Source of the DNA: Gemmatimonadota bacterium
GTDB lineage: Bacteria; Gemmatimonadota; Gemmatimonadetes; Gemmatimonadales; Gemmatimonadaceae
Direction: 5' to 3'
NCBI GenBank assembly: GCA_031372565.1
Contig: JANMLN010000059.1
Coordinates: forward strand, 1 to 52,922
Length of the DNA stretch: 52,922 bases
Shown: in pieces, positions 25,136 to 35,116 of the stretch
Numbering within the stretch: the first letter of the stretch is position 1
Layout of the letters: each line of letters begins with the position of its first letter
Made by a program: the position numbers and the translations under genes
The notes under the pieces: model-generated
Told to the model about the DNA's origin: nothing
Seen by the model: only the letters and a program-made list of their open reading frames with translations
The model's database searches: none

Positions 25136-27913
25136 ATGTCCGGCGATCCCATCACGTCCGTCTTCAATGACGGCTACGTCGCCGAGATGTTCGACCGCTG
25201 GCGTGCCGATCCCGCCGCCGTCGACACCTCGTGGCGACAGTACTTCCAGTCCGCGGCCCTGCTCTTTGGGGCCTCCGCGTCCACCGGCACCAGCGCCTCC
25301 GTGGGCGGTGCCCCGGACCCCGACTTGGCCCGCAAGGCCGCCGGCGCGGCCAACCTCGCCCAGTCGATTCGCCAGCACGGCCATCTGGCCGTGCATCTCG
25401 ACCCGCTCGGCACCAACCCGCTCGGCGCTGCCGAACTGGTGCCCGAGTTCCACGGGATCACCGAGGCGGAACTGGGCGACGTGCCGGGCTCTGCGCTCGG
25501 CTTCCCGCATATGGCCACGGCCACGCAGGTCATCGAGCGGCTCCGCCTCCGCTACCAGACCGCGCTCGCCTTCGAGGTCATGCACCTGAGCGAAGAGGAG
25601 GAGCGCGCCTGGTTCCGCGCGACGCTGACCGCTCAGGAGCTGACGCGCCCGCTCGCACCCACCGAGAAGAAGGCGATTCTCCGCCGGTTGATCGAAGTCG
25701 ATGGCCTCGAGCGCTTCCTCGGCCGAGCGTTCACGGGCTACAAGCGGTTCAGCATCGAGGGGACCGACGCGCTCGTCCCGATGCTCGATGCCGCGATCGA
25801 GGAAGCGGCGAAGGTCGGCGCACGCGAAGTCGGCATCGCCATGGCGCACCGCGGACGCGTCAACGTGCTCGCGCATATCCTCGGCAAGCCGCGCGCCGCC
25901 ATCTTCGGCGAGTTCGACGGCCGCCACCCGCACGCCGATGACGACGCCGCCACCGGCGACGTGAAGTATCACATGGGCTACACCGGGACGCGCACGATTC
26001 CGGGCGTCGGCGAGCTCAAGGTCTGGCTGCTTCCGAATCCGAGTCACCTCGAGATCGTGAACCCGGTGCTCACCGGCGCCGTGCGCGCGCATCAGCGCGT
26101 GAACGGCACGCGCGACGAAACCACGGTGCTCCCGATCTGCGTGCACGGCGACGCTGCCTTCCCGGGCGAGGGGATCGTGCCGGAGTCGCTCAACCTGTCG
26201 CAGCTGCGCGGGTACCGCGTCGGCGGCACGCTCCACATCATCGTCAACAACCAGGTCGGCTTCACCACCGACCCGCTCGATGCGCGCTCGACGTACTACG
26301 CCTCCGACGTGGCCAAGGGGTTCGAGATCCCGATCATCCACGTCAACGCCGACAACGCCGAGGCGTGCATCATCGCCGTGCGCGTGGCCATCGCGTATCG
26401 GGCCCGCTTCAAGCGCGACGTGCTCATCGACCTCGTGGGCTACCGCCGTCAGGGGCACAACGAGACCGACGAGCCCACCTTCACGCAGCCGGCACTCTAC
26501 GCACGCATCAAGGCGCACCCGACGCCGCCCAAGGTCTGGGCCGCGCGTCTCGAACAGGAAGGGATCATTGCGCCCGGCGACGCGACCGCGATCGAGCAGG
26601 AGGTCTTCGCGACCTTCGAGCGCGAACTCGCGGAAATGAAGGCGACGCCAGCCGACGTCGACCTCAGTCACCACACGCCGTCGCACGGGAGCCCGATCCT
26701 CGGTGATGCGCCGACAGCGGCGCCGAACGTGCCGGCCGACGTGCTCACGCGCATCAACGAGGATCTGCTCCGCTATCCCGCGACCTTCACGCCGCACCCG
26801 CGACTGGCCAAGCAGCTCGAGCGTCGCCGGGAGGCGCTGGCGTCACAGATCGACTGGGGGCACGGCGAAGCGCTCGCGTTCGGCTCGCTGCTCCTCGACG
26901 GGATGAATGTCCGCCTCACGGGACAGGATGTCGAGCGCGGCACGTTCTCGCATCGCCACGCGGTGCTCAACGACGTCGAGACCGGCGCCAAGTTCTGTCC
27001 ATTGGGCTCGATCGACGGCGTGAAGGGCGCGATCGAGATCTACAACTCGCCGCTCTCCGAACTCGGCGTCATGGGCTTCGAGTATGGCTATTCGGTGCAA
27101 GCGCCCGACACGCTCACCCTGTGGGAAGCGCAGTTCGGCGACTTCAGCAACATGGCGCAGCCGATCATGGACCAGTTCATGGCGGCGGACCGCGCCAAGT
27201 GGCACCAGGACTCGGGGCTCGTGCTGCTCCTGCCGCACGGATATGAAGGGCAGGGGCCGGAGCACTCGAGCGCGCGTGTCGAGCGGTTCCTGCAGCTCTG
27301 CGCCGACGACAACATGACGGTGATCTACGCGTCGACACCGGCGCAGTACTTCCACGCGCTGCGCCGCCATGCGCACGCGCGCGTGCGGCGTCCGTTGGTG
27401 TGCATCCAGCCCAAGTCGCTGCTGCGCATGCCGCAGGCCGCGAGCAGCCTCGAGCAGATCACGCAGGGCGCCTTCCAGCCCGTGATCGACGATGCCCGCG
27501 CGTCGAAGCAGCGCGAAACGGTTCGTCGGCTCGTCTTCTGCACGGGCAAGGTGTACTACGACATCACCGCGAAGGCGCTGCCGGAACAGGTGGCGGTGGT
27601 GCGCGTCGAACAGCTCTATCCGTGGCCCGGCGACGAGATCGCGGCGGTCGTCGATCGGTATCCGGCCCTCGAAGAAGTGGCGTGGGTCCAGGAAGAGCCG
27701 AAGAACATGGGCGCGTGGACGTACGTGTGGCCGCGGCTCCGCGTGGCGTCGGGCAATGCGATGGAGCTGCGCTACATCGGGCGTCCGGAGCGCGCGAGCC
27801 CGGCCGAAGGGTATGCCTCGGATCATGCCACCGAGCAGGCGCGCATCGTGGCAGAGGCGCTCGAGGCGCGGTCGACCGCGCGCGGGCGAAAGGGTGTGGC
27901 GGGGCGCGCGTGA
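25136..27913 (+). CDS. sucA: 2-oxoglutarate dehydrogenase E1 component
   Basis: KRFSIEG, MAHRGRVNVL, GDVKYHMG, HGDAAFPGEG, GQDVERGTFSHRH, WEAQFGDF, LLPHGYEGQGPEHSSAR. Confidence 0.97.
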   Translation: MSGDPITSVFNDGYVAEMFDRWRADPAAVDTSWRQYFQSAALLFGASASTGTSASVGGAPDPDLARKAAGAANLAQSIRQHGHLAVHLDPLGTNPLGAAELVPEFHGITEAELGDVPGSALGFPHMATATQVIERLRLRYQTALAFEVMHLSEEEERAWFRATLTAQELTRPLAPTEKKAILRRLIEVDGLERFLGRAFTGYKRFSIEGTDALVPMLDAAIEEAAKVGAREVGIAMAHRGRVNVLAHILGKPRAAIFGEFDGRHPHADDDAATGDVKYHMGYTGTRTIPGVGELKVWLLPNPSHLEIVNPVLTGAVRAHQRVNGTRDETTVLPICVHGDAAFPGEGIVPESLNLSQLRGYRVGGTLHIIVNNQVGFTTDPLDARSTYYASDVAKGFEIPIIHVNADNAEACIIAVRVAIAYRARFKRDVLIDLVGYRRQGHNETDEPTFTQPALYARIKAHPTPPKVWAARLEQEGIIAPGDATAIEQEVFATFERELAEMKATPADVDLSHHTPSHGSPILGDAPTAAPNVPADVLTRINEDLLRYPATFTPHPRLAKQLERRREALASQIDWGHGEALAFGSLLLDGMNVRLTGQDVERGTFSHRHAVLNDVETGAKFCPLGSIDGVKGAIEIYNSPLSELGVMGFEYGYSVQAPDTLTLWEAQFGDFSNMAQPIMDQFMAADRAKWHQDSGLVLLLPHGYEGQGPEHSSARVERFLQLCADDNMTVIYASTPAQYFHALRRHAHARVRRPLVCIQPKSLLRMPQAASSLEQITQGAFQPVIDDARASKQRETVRRLVFCTGKVYYDITAKALPEQVAVVRVEQLYPWPGDEIAAVVDRYPALEEVAWVQEEPKNMGAWTYVWPRLRVASGNAMELRYIGRPERASPAEGYASDHATEQARIVAEALEARSTARGRKGVAGRA

Positions 27914-27948
27914 TGGAGCATGGTGCGAGCGGCAGGGGCGAGGGCAAG

Positions 27949-27978
27949 AAGCAGGTCCTTCGCTTCGCTCAGGACGAC
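27949..27978 (-). repeat. REP-like palindromic element
   Basis: Exact reverse complement of 3859-3888. Confidence 0.85.
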
Positions 27979-27987
27979 TTGGGGAGG

Positions 27988-30564
27988 ATGCGGTGGATCG
28001 GCGTCACCTGTCTTCTGGCGCTCACGCTGCTCCTGCCACGGAGCGCCGGCGCTCAGGACCGTGGCGCGGCCGCGCTCGGCGACCTGATCCGCGGCCTCGG
28101 GACCACCGCGCGCGTGCTCGTGATCGCGGCGCACCCGGACGATGAAGACACGCAACTCATCACCTGGCTCGCGCGCGGTCGCCAGGTCGAAACCGCGTAC
28201 CTGAGTCTCACGCGCGGCGACGGCGGACAGAACCTGATCGGCAACGAGCTTGGCGAAGCGCTCGGTGCCATCCGTACCGAAGAACTGCTGGCCGCGCGCC
28301 GAGTGGATGGCGGCCACCAGTATTTCTCGCGCGCCTACGACTTCGGCTTCAGCAAGACGGCCGACGAGACATACCTGCATTGGCCCAAGGACTCGATCCT
28401 GGACGACGTCGTGCGCGTGGTGCGCGCCTTCCGCCCGCACGTGATCGTGGCGGTCTTCAGCGGAACACCGCGCGATGGCCACGGCCATCATCAGGTGTCG
28501 GGGCTGCTCGCACGCGAGGTGTTCGAGCGCTCGGCGGACACGACGCGCTTTCCGCGCGCGGTGTTCGGCGCCCCGTGGACCATCCAGAAGTACTATCGCG
28601 GGGCGCGGTTCACGCAGGCCGACGCGACGCTCAAGTTCGATGTCGGCGAGTACAACCCGCTCATGGGGCGCGGGTACGGCGAACTCTCGGGCGAGAGCCG
28701 CAGTCAGCACAAGTCGCAGGGCTTTGGCGTGCTGCAGCGGCGTGGCGAACTGATCGACATGGTGCGCCGCGAGGGGACGCGCGTGAACGCGGCGACCCCC
28801 GCCGACAAGGAAGCGTCGATCTTCGACGGCGTCGACACCACCTGGTCGCGCCTGCGGGGCGCCGTGCGCGATGCGCGACAGCGCGCACTCCTCGACTCCA
28901 TGGCGCCGCTCCTTGCGCGTGCGCGCACGAAGCTCGACCTCTTCGCCCCCGCCTCGGTCACGCCGCTGCTCGACACGATCGCACGGCTCGCGGATGCGCT
29001 CTGTCCGCGTGCCGAGCAGGCCGCATCGGCCTGTCGCACGCCGGCGGGACTCGCGGGGGACGGCGACCTCGCGCGCGTCCTGGACGTGCTCGACGAACGG
29101 CTCGATCGCGCACATGAGCTGGCCAGCGGCCTCGCGCTCGAGGCGGTCGTCAATCGCAGTGTGGTGGCCGCCAACGACAGCGTGGCGATCACGGTGACGC
29201 TGTACAACCGCGGCGCCGATGCCGTCGTGGTGACCGGCGTCTCGGGGCCAGGTGCCAGCGCGCCGCGCGCCCCCGCCACGGTGGAGGCGGGCAAGGCGTT
29301 CACGACGCAGCTCACCGTACGGACCTCGACGCTGACCGCCCCGTACTGGCTCTCCACGCCGCGTGCCGGCGACATCTTTTCCGTCGCGTCCGACATCGGC
29401 GGCGACGATCGTCACCCGGCCGCCCTGCGCGCGACGGTCACGGTACGCGCGGGTGCGAGCAGCATCGACCTCACCGCGCCGGTCACCTTCCGCTACGCCG
29501 ATCCGGTCAAGGGCGAGATCCAGCGGCCGGCGACGGTCGCGCCCGCGGTCACACTGACGCTGGGCTCGCGCACCGAGTTCGCGCCGGCCAATCGCGCCTT
29601 CACGCGCAGCGTGCGCGTGACGCTGCGGTCCGCCGCGCGCGACACGCAGCAGGTGCGCCTCGCGCTCACGCTGCCGGTCGGCATCGTGGCCGACAGTGCG
29701 GAGCGCACGGTCACGCTCCCGCCCGGCGCTGAGCGGAGCGTGGACGTCGCCATCCGCGGCCGACTCGCGCCGGGGCGTCACGAGGTGAAGGCCGCCGCGA
29801 TCGTCGGCTCGGCGCGCTACGAAACGGGATACACGGCGGTCGAGTACGATCACATCCGTCCGCAGAACCTGTACCGCCCCGCGATGCTGGTGCTGCAGGC
29901 GGTGGATCTCGTGCTGCCCAGTCGTGCGAACATCGCCTACGTGCCGGGTGTCGGCGACAACGTCGCGCCGGCGCTGGCACAGCTGGGCTTCGCCGTCACG
30001 ATCGTGGAGCCCGAGAAGTTGGCGAGCACCAAGCTCGACGACTACGCCGCCGTCGTGATCGGCCCGCGCGCCTTCGAGGCGAGCGCCGTGTTGCTGGCGC
30101 AGGCTCCGCTCATCAATGCCTATGCCGCGCGTGGCGGCACGGTCGTCACGCAGTACGGCCAGTTCGAGATGGCGCGACCCGGCGTGTTGCCGTACGGCGT
30201 GACGCTCACGCGACCGGCCGCGCGCGTGACCATCGAGGAGGCACCGATCACGGTGCTCGACGCGGCGCACCCGCTGCTCAACAAGCCGAACAGGATTGGC
30301 GTGGCCGATTTCGCCGGCTGGGTGCAGGAGCGCGGGTTGTACATGCCGAGCACGTTCGATCCGGCGTGGACGCCGCTGCTCGAGATGAACGATCCGAACG
30401 AGCCGGCCAATCGGGGCGGGCTGCTCGTGGCCAGGACGGGAAAGGGGAGCTACGTGTACACGACGCTCGCGCTCTTCCGGCAGTTGCCCGCCGGCAATGT
30501 GGGGGCGGCGCGGCTCTTCGCGAACCTGATCGCCGCCGGGCAAGCGCCCAAGGTCACCCCCTGA
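27988..30564 (+). CDS. secreted PIG-L/LmbE family deacetylase with Ig-like and C-terminal GATase-like domains
   Basis: AAHPDDED, LTRGDGGQN, DFGFSK, HGHH; signal peptide from ATG 27988 (alternative ATG 27913). Confidence 0.92.
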   Translation: MRWIGVTCLLALTLLLPRSAGAQDRGAAALGDLIRGLGTTARVLVIAAHPDDEDTQLITWLARGRQVETAYLSLTRGDGGQNLIGNELGEALGAIRTEELLAARRVDGGHQYFSRAYDFGFSKTADETYLHWPKDSILDDVVRVVRAFRPHVIVAVFSGTPRDGHGHHQVSGLLAREVFERSADTTRFPRAVFGAPWTIQKYYRGARFTQADATLKFDVGEYNPLMGRGYGELSGESRSQHKSQGFGVLQRRGELIDMVRREGTRVNAATPADKEASIFDGVDTTWSRLRGAVRDARQRALLDSMAPLLARARTKLDLFAPASVTPLLDTIARLADALCPRAEQAASACRTPAGLAGDGDLARVLDVLDERLDRAHELASGLALEAVVNRSVVAANDSVAITVTLYNRGADAVVVTGVSGPGASAPRAPATVEAGKAFTTQLTVRTSTLTAPYWLSTPRAGDIFSVASDIGGDDRHPAALRATVTVRAGASSIDLTAPVTFRYADPVKGEIQRPATVAPAVTLTLGSRTEFAPANRAFTRSVRVTLRSAARDTQQVRLALTLPVGIVADSAERTVTLPPGAERSVDVAIRGRLAPGRHEVKAAAIVGSARYETGYTAVEYDHIRPQNLYRPAMLVLQAVDLVLPSRANIAYVPGVGDNVAPALAQLGFAVTIVEPEKLASTKLDDYAAVVIGPRAFEASAVLLAQAPLINAYAARGGTVVTQYGQFEMARPGVLPYGVTLTRPAARVTIEEAPITVLDAAHPLLNKPNRIGVADFAGWVQERGLYMPSTFDPAWTPLLEMNDPNEPANRGGLLVARTGKGSYVYTTLALFRQLPAGNVGAARLFANLIAAGQAPKVTP

Positions 30565-30566
30565 CG

Positions 30567-31622
30567 ATGCGCGCCGTCGGCCGTCGCCTGGTCTGTGCGG
30601 TCGGCGCGATCGCGCTGGCCGCCTGCGCGAAAGACACGCGCACGGTGATCACGGTCTACACGCCGCATGGCACGGAGCTCATGTCGGACGTGAAGGCGCG
30701 CTTCGAGCGCGCCTACTCGACGATCGAGGTGAAGTGGGTACCGCTGGAGTCGCAGGAGGCGCTCGAGCGGGTGCGCGCGGAACAGCGTGCGCCGAAGGCC
30801 GATGTCTGGTTCGGGGCCCCGTCGGAACTGTTCGAGCGAGCGGCCGGCGAAGGGTTGTTGGCGCCGTATGTCTCGAGCTGGGCGGACGCGATCCCGGCGG
30901 ATGCCAAGGACACCGCCGGCTTCTGGTACGGCACCTACCTGACCCCCGAAGTCATCGGCTACAACAGCGCGGCGGTCAAGCCGGCCGACGCGCCGCATGA
31001 CTGGAGCGATCTGGCCGACCCCAAGTGGAAGGGGAAGCTGGTGATGCGCGATCCCGTGCCGAGCGCGACGATGCGGGCCATCTTCGGTGCCATGCTGCAA
31101 CGGTCGATTGCGCAGACAGGCAGCACGGCGCAAGGATGGCGCTGGCTCGAGCGCATCGACGCCAACACGCGCGAGTACATCGCATCGCCCACGCTGCTCT
31201 ACCAGAAGCTCGGCCGCCGCGACGGCGTCGTGACGATGTACAACATGCCCGACCTGGCGACGCTCGAGGCCCGCACCAGGATCCCGATCAAGGTCGTGAT
31301 TCCGTCGAGTGGCACGCCGCTGCTGGTGGACGGGATCGCGATCGTGCACGGAACGGCGCACGAGGCCGCCGCCCGCACCTTCCTCGACTTCGTCGTGTCG
31401 AAGCCGATCATGCTCATCACCGCGCGCGAGCACCTGCGCATTCCGACGCGCAGTGACCTGCCGGTCGACTCGCTGCCGGCGTGGATTCGCGATGCGCAGA
31501 AGGCGATGCTGCCGATGGCCCTCGACCGACGGCTCATGGCCGACTCGCTCGCGACCTGGATGACCGCGTGGGACGCGCGCGTGCGCAACCGCTTTCGCCC
31601 GGTGCCTGCGCGCGCTCGATAG
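30567..31622 (+). CDS. ABC extracellular solute-binding lipoprotein (Fe3+/AfuA-like family)
   Basis: LAAC lipobox; TVYTPHG, ADVWFGA, PHDWSDLADPKWKGK, VDGIAIV. Confidence 0.88.
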   Translation: MRAVGRRLVCAVGAIALAACAKDTRTVITVYTPHGTELMSDVKARFERAYSTIEVKWVPLESQEALERVRAEQRAPKADVWFGAPSELFERAAGEGLLAPYVSSWADAIPADAKDTAGFWYGTYLTPEVIGYNSAAVKPADAPHDWSDLADPKWKGKLVMRDPVPSATMRAIFGAMLQRSIAQTGSTAQGWRWLERIDANTREYIASPTLLYQKLGRRDGVVTMYNMPDLATLEARTRIPIKVVIPSSGTPLLVDGIAIVHGTAHEAAARTFLDFVVSKPIMLITAREHLRIPTRSDLPVDSLPAWIRDAQKAMLPMALDRRLMADSLATWMTAWDARVRNRFRPVPARAR

Positions 31623-31631
31623 CTTCCGCTC

Positions 31632-32957
31632 ATGCCGTTGACTGCTCCTGCCGCTCGTCGTCCGCATGTCGTGATCGTCGGCGGCGGGTTCGCCGGCATG
31701 CATTGCGCGCGCACGCTGCGGAATGCCCCGGTCGACGTGACGGTGATCGACCGGACCAATCATCACCTGTTCCAGCCGTTGCTGTACCAGGTGGCGACGG
31801 CGACGCTCGCGCCGAGCGACATCAGCGTGCCCATCCGGTGGATCCTGCGCTCGATGCGCAACGCGACCGTGCTGATGGGGGAGATTCGCGACGTCGATGT
31901 TGCGCGGCGCGTCGTGATCATGGATGAGGCCGCACACGAGATTGCGTACGACTACCTCGTGATCGCGACCGGTGCCCGGCATGCCTACTTCGGACACGAT
32001 GAATGGGAGGCACACGCGCCCGGCCTCAAGTCGCTCGACGATGCGCTCGAGATCCGGAGTCGGTTCCTGTTGTCGTTCGAACTGGCGGAACGGTGTGAGC
32101 GCGACGTGGACCGCGCCGCGTACCAGACCTTCGTGATCGTCGGTGGCGGACCCACGGGGGTCGAGCTGGCCGGCATGCTCCCCGAGCTGGCGCGGCACGC
32201 CTTCGTGCGCGACTTCCGCCGTACCGACACGCGACAGACGCGCGTGCTGCTGCTCGAGGGTGGCCCGCGCCTGCTCGCGGCCTTTCCGGACTCGCTCGCG
32301 GAACGTGCGCGTCGCGACCTCGCCGCGCGCGGCGTCGAGATCCGGCTCAACACCGTGGTGACGCGCGTCGATGGCGAGTCGGTGTGGATCGGCGACGAAC
32401 GGATCGCGACGCATACCGTCTTCTGGGCTGCCGGCAACCGGGCCTCATCCATCGCGCGGAAGCTTGGCACTCCCACGGATCGTGCCGGACGCGCGCTGGT
32501 TGGCCCCGACTTCGCGATTCCGGGGCACCCGGAGGTGTTCGTGGTTGGCGATGCCGCCGCAATGCCCGATGCGACCGGCGCCATGGTCCCCGCCGTCGCA
32601 CCGGCGGCCATGCAGGGCGGCGACCACGTCGGCCGACAGATCCTGGCCTCGGTCCGCGGCGCCCAGCGCACCCCGTTCCGCTACACGAACAAGGGGAATC
32701 TGGCGACGATCGGTCGTCGCAGCGCCATCGCGGAGATCGGCCCCGTGCGACTGACCGGCACGATCGCGTGGCTGTTCTGGCTCTTCCTGCACATCATGTA
32801 TCTCGTCGGCTTCCGCAATCGCGTTGCCGTGCTGGGCCAGTGGGCGTACGCCTACTTCACCTTCCAGCGCGGCGCCCGGCTCATCACGGGTCGCGAGCGT
32901 GGCGCGGAGGAAGCCCGCCTGCGGCACACCGGAGAGTTCCAGCTCCCCACGCGCTGA
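31632..32957 (+). CDS. ndh: type II NADH dehydrogenase
   Basis: GGGFAG, NHHLFQPLLYQVAT, VGGGPTGVELAG, VVGD, KGNLATIGR. Confidence 0.93.
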   Translation: MPLTAPAARRPHVVIVGGGFAGMHCARTLRNAPVDVTVIDRTNHHLFQPLLYQVATATLAPSDISVPIRWILRSMRNATVLMGEIRDVDVARRVVIMDEAAHEIAYDYLVIATGARHAYFGHDEWEAHAPGLKSLDDALEIRSRFLLSFELAERCERDVDRAAYQTFVIVGGGPTGVELAGMLPELARHAFVRDFRRTDTRQTRVLLLEGGPRLLAAFPDSLAERARRDLAARGVEIRLNTVVTRVDGESVWIGDERIATHTVFWAAGNRASSIARKLGTPTDRAGRALVGPDFAIPGHPEVFVVGDAAAMPDATGAMVPAVAPAAMQGGDHVGRQILASVRGAQRTPFRYTNKGNLATIGRRSAIAEIGPVRLTGTIAWLFWLFLHIMYLVGFRNRVAVLGQWAYAYFTFQRGARLITGRERGAEEARLRHTGEFQLPTR

Positions 32958-33007
32958 GCGGCCACTCGTGGGCGGGTGCGGCGCGCGGTACCTTGCCACG
33001 CATCGCC

Positions 33008-35005
33008 ATGGCCGATGCCTCCGAGCTGACTTCCGCCGACGTTGAGGCTGGCTCCACGCAGCTCAACTGGTTTCTTGCGCAGATCGCCACCGACCAGGCG
33101 GCGCATGATGCGTTGCCGCTCGCGCTCGGCATCTTCGATGGTGCGCTGCGCCTGCGGTTCATGAACGTCCGGTACCGGTTGCTCTCGGGGCACGCAGGCG
33201 ACACGGGGCTGCTTCGCTTTCCGCGGACGTCGGTCGATCTGGGCCACATCGCCGCGCAGGTGCGCACGTCGGGCGAGCCGCTGACGGTGCTGATCGATGC
33301 AACCGACGGCGACCACCACCGCACGGTCGAGATCCAGGCCGTGCCGGTGCCGCTCGCCGGTGGACGCGGGGTGGCGCTGCTGGGATCCGATGTGACCGAG
33401 CGCGAAGAGGTCCGCAGACATCTCGCCGACAGCGTGTCCGCGCTGGTCGGCGCCTTCGACGCACTGCCCGATGCGGTGCGCGTGTATGATGCCACGGGGC
33501 GCGTGGTGCGCGCCAATGCGCTGGCCGAACGCACGACGAACGGTCGCGGACTCGGCTCGCTCGGCGACCAGTGGCAACGCGAGCTGCCGCGGACCATGAC
33601 GCACACGCCGATCACCATCGACCAGTCGCCCGTGCGTCGCGCGCTGAGCGGCGAGACCGTGACCGGCGAGACGTATCTGGTGCGCCGCGGCGCCGGTGAG
33701 GCGGTCATCGAGGTGAATGTGGTGCCGCTGCGCGCCCCCGGCGGCGCCGTGCGCGGTGCCGTGGCGATCGAGCGCGACGTGACCGACCGCGTGCGCCTCG
33801 CACAGGCGCTCGAGGAACAGGTGCGCATCGGGAGTGCGCTCTACACGCACGTGGCCACCGAGGCCGACCGGCTCGAGAAGATGGTGGCAGCGCGCTCGGG
33901 TGAGTTGCTGCGCCTCGAGGCGGCCCGCGCGCGCGACCGGCGCCTGGCCGCATTGGGCCAGCTGGCCGCCGGCGTCATGCATGACGTCAACAACGCACTC
34001 AATCCCGTGATGCTGGCCGCGTGGCTGCTCGAGCGCCACGCCGACGATCCGGCGAAGGTCCGCGAACTCGCCGGTCGCATCCACAAGGCCGCCGATACCG
34101 GAGCGACGACCGCGTCGCGCGTCGGGCGGTTCATCCGGCAAGAGCCCGTCTCTGATGGACGCGAGACGCGCTTCGACCTCGCGCAGGTGGTCGCGGATGC
34201 CGTCGCGATCGCCGAGCCGACCTGGACCCAGCGCGGCAGCAGCGTGCGCATCGCGTTCAACGGACAGCTGGATCCGGGACTCACCGTCGAAGGGATTGCC
34301 GGTGAAGTGCGCGAGGCCGTGCTGAATCTCGTTGCGAACGCGCTCGATGCGATGCCGTCCGGCGGGAGCCTGCACATCCGGGTGCGCGCCGTGGCCGCCG
34401 AGGCGTGGCTCGAGGTGGTCGACACGGGCATCGGCATGAACGACGAGGTTCGTGACCAGGCCTTCGACCCCTTTTTCACCACCAAGGGGACCGCCGGTTC
34501 CGGGCTCGGCCTCGCGGAGGTGTACGGGATCATGCGTCGTCATCGCGGGACCGCCGAACTGGCGTCCGGATCGGGGCAAGGTACGACCGTGCGCCTGCGC
34601 TTTCCGCTCACGCAGGGGAGCAGTGCCGAACGGGTGCGTGACCCGCGACCGCAGCGGTCGCGCCGCGTCTTGCTCGTCGAGGATCAGCCCGAAGGGCGAC
34701 GCACCGTCGCCGAAGTGCTCACCAATGCGGGGCACGCCGTGACCGAGGCGAGCGACCTCGCGGGCGCGCGCGCGGCACTGGGGGCCAGGGCAGATGCCCC
34801 ATCGTTCGATGTCGTCGTGACGGACATCTTTCTGCCGGACGGATACGGCTGGGAACTCGTCCCGGACGTGCGGCAGCTGCCGGGCGCGATGCGGATCGGT
34901 CTGATCACCGGATGGGAGCTGGCACCGCCCCCATCGGTCCACGCAGACTTTACATTGCGAAAGCCATTGGTGGCCACCGAGTTGCTCGATCACCTCGCGG
35001 ATTGA
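33008..35005 (+). CDS. cytoplasmic PAS-PAS hybrid histidine kinase with receiver domain
   Basis: H-box AGVMHDVNNAL, NLVANALDAM, DTGIGM, FDPFFTTK, GSGLGL; receiver VLLVED...VVTDIFLP. Confidence 0.92.
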   Translation: MADASELTSADVEAGSTQLNWFLAQIATDQAAHDALPLALGIFDGALRLRFMNVRYRLLSGHAGDTGLLRFPRTSVDLGHIAAQVRTSGEPLTVLIDATDGDHHRTVEIQAVPVPLAGGRGVALLGSDVTEREEVRRHLADSVSALVGAFDALPDAVRVYDATGRVVRANALAERTTNGRGLGSLGDQWQRELPRTMTHTPITIDQSPVRRALSGETVTGETYLVRRGAGEAVIEVNVVPLRAPGGAVRGAVAIERDVTDRVRLAQALEEQVRIGSALYTHVATEADRLEKMVAARSGELLRLEAARARDRRLAALGQLAAGVMHDVNNALNPVMLAAWLLERHADDPAKVRELAGRIHKAADTGATTASRVGRFIRQEPVSDGRETRFDLAQVVADAVAIAEPTWTQRGSSVRIAFNGQLDPGLTVEGIAGEVREAVLNLVANALDAMPSGGSLHIRVRAVAAEAWLEVVDTGIGMNDEVRDQAFDPFFTTKGTAGSGLGLAEVYGIMRRHRGTAELASGSGQGTTVRLRFPLTQGSSAERVRDPRPQRSRRVLLVEDQPEGRRTVAEVLTNAGHAVTEASDLAGARAALGARADAPSFDVVVTDIFLPDGYGWELVPDVRQLPGAMRIGLITGWELAPPPSVHADFTLRKPLVATELLDHLAD

Positions 35006-35053
35006 TCGGCGTCGCCAACACGGTGGATATGCTCGTCCTGTCATGACTCATCG

Positions 35054-35082
35054 CGCGCGATCGACAACGGCGTTATCGCGCG
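35054..35082 (+). promoter_or_regulatory. candidate ANTAR-target RNA hairpin in the leader of the ANTAR regulator
   Basis: CGCGCGAT-C-GAC-[AACGGC]-GTT-ATCGCGCG; hexaloop with A1 and G4. Confidence 0.55.
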
Positions 35083-35116
35083 GATCACTGTGTTGTAAGG
35101 CGTCCACCAGGACGAG

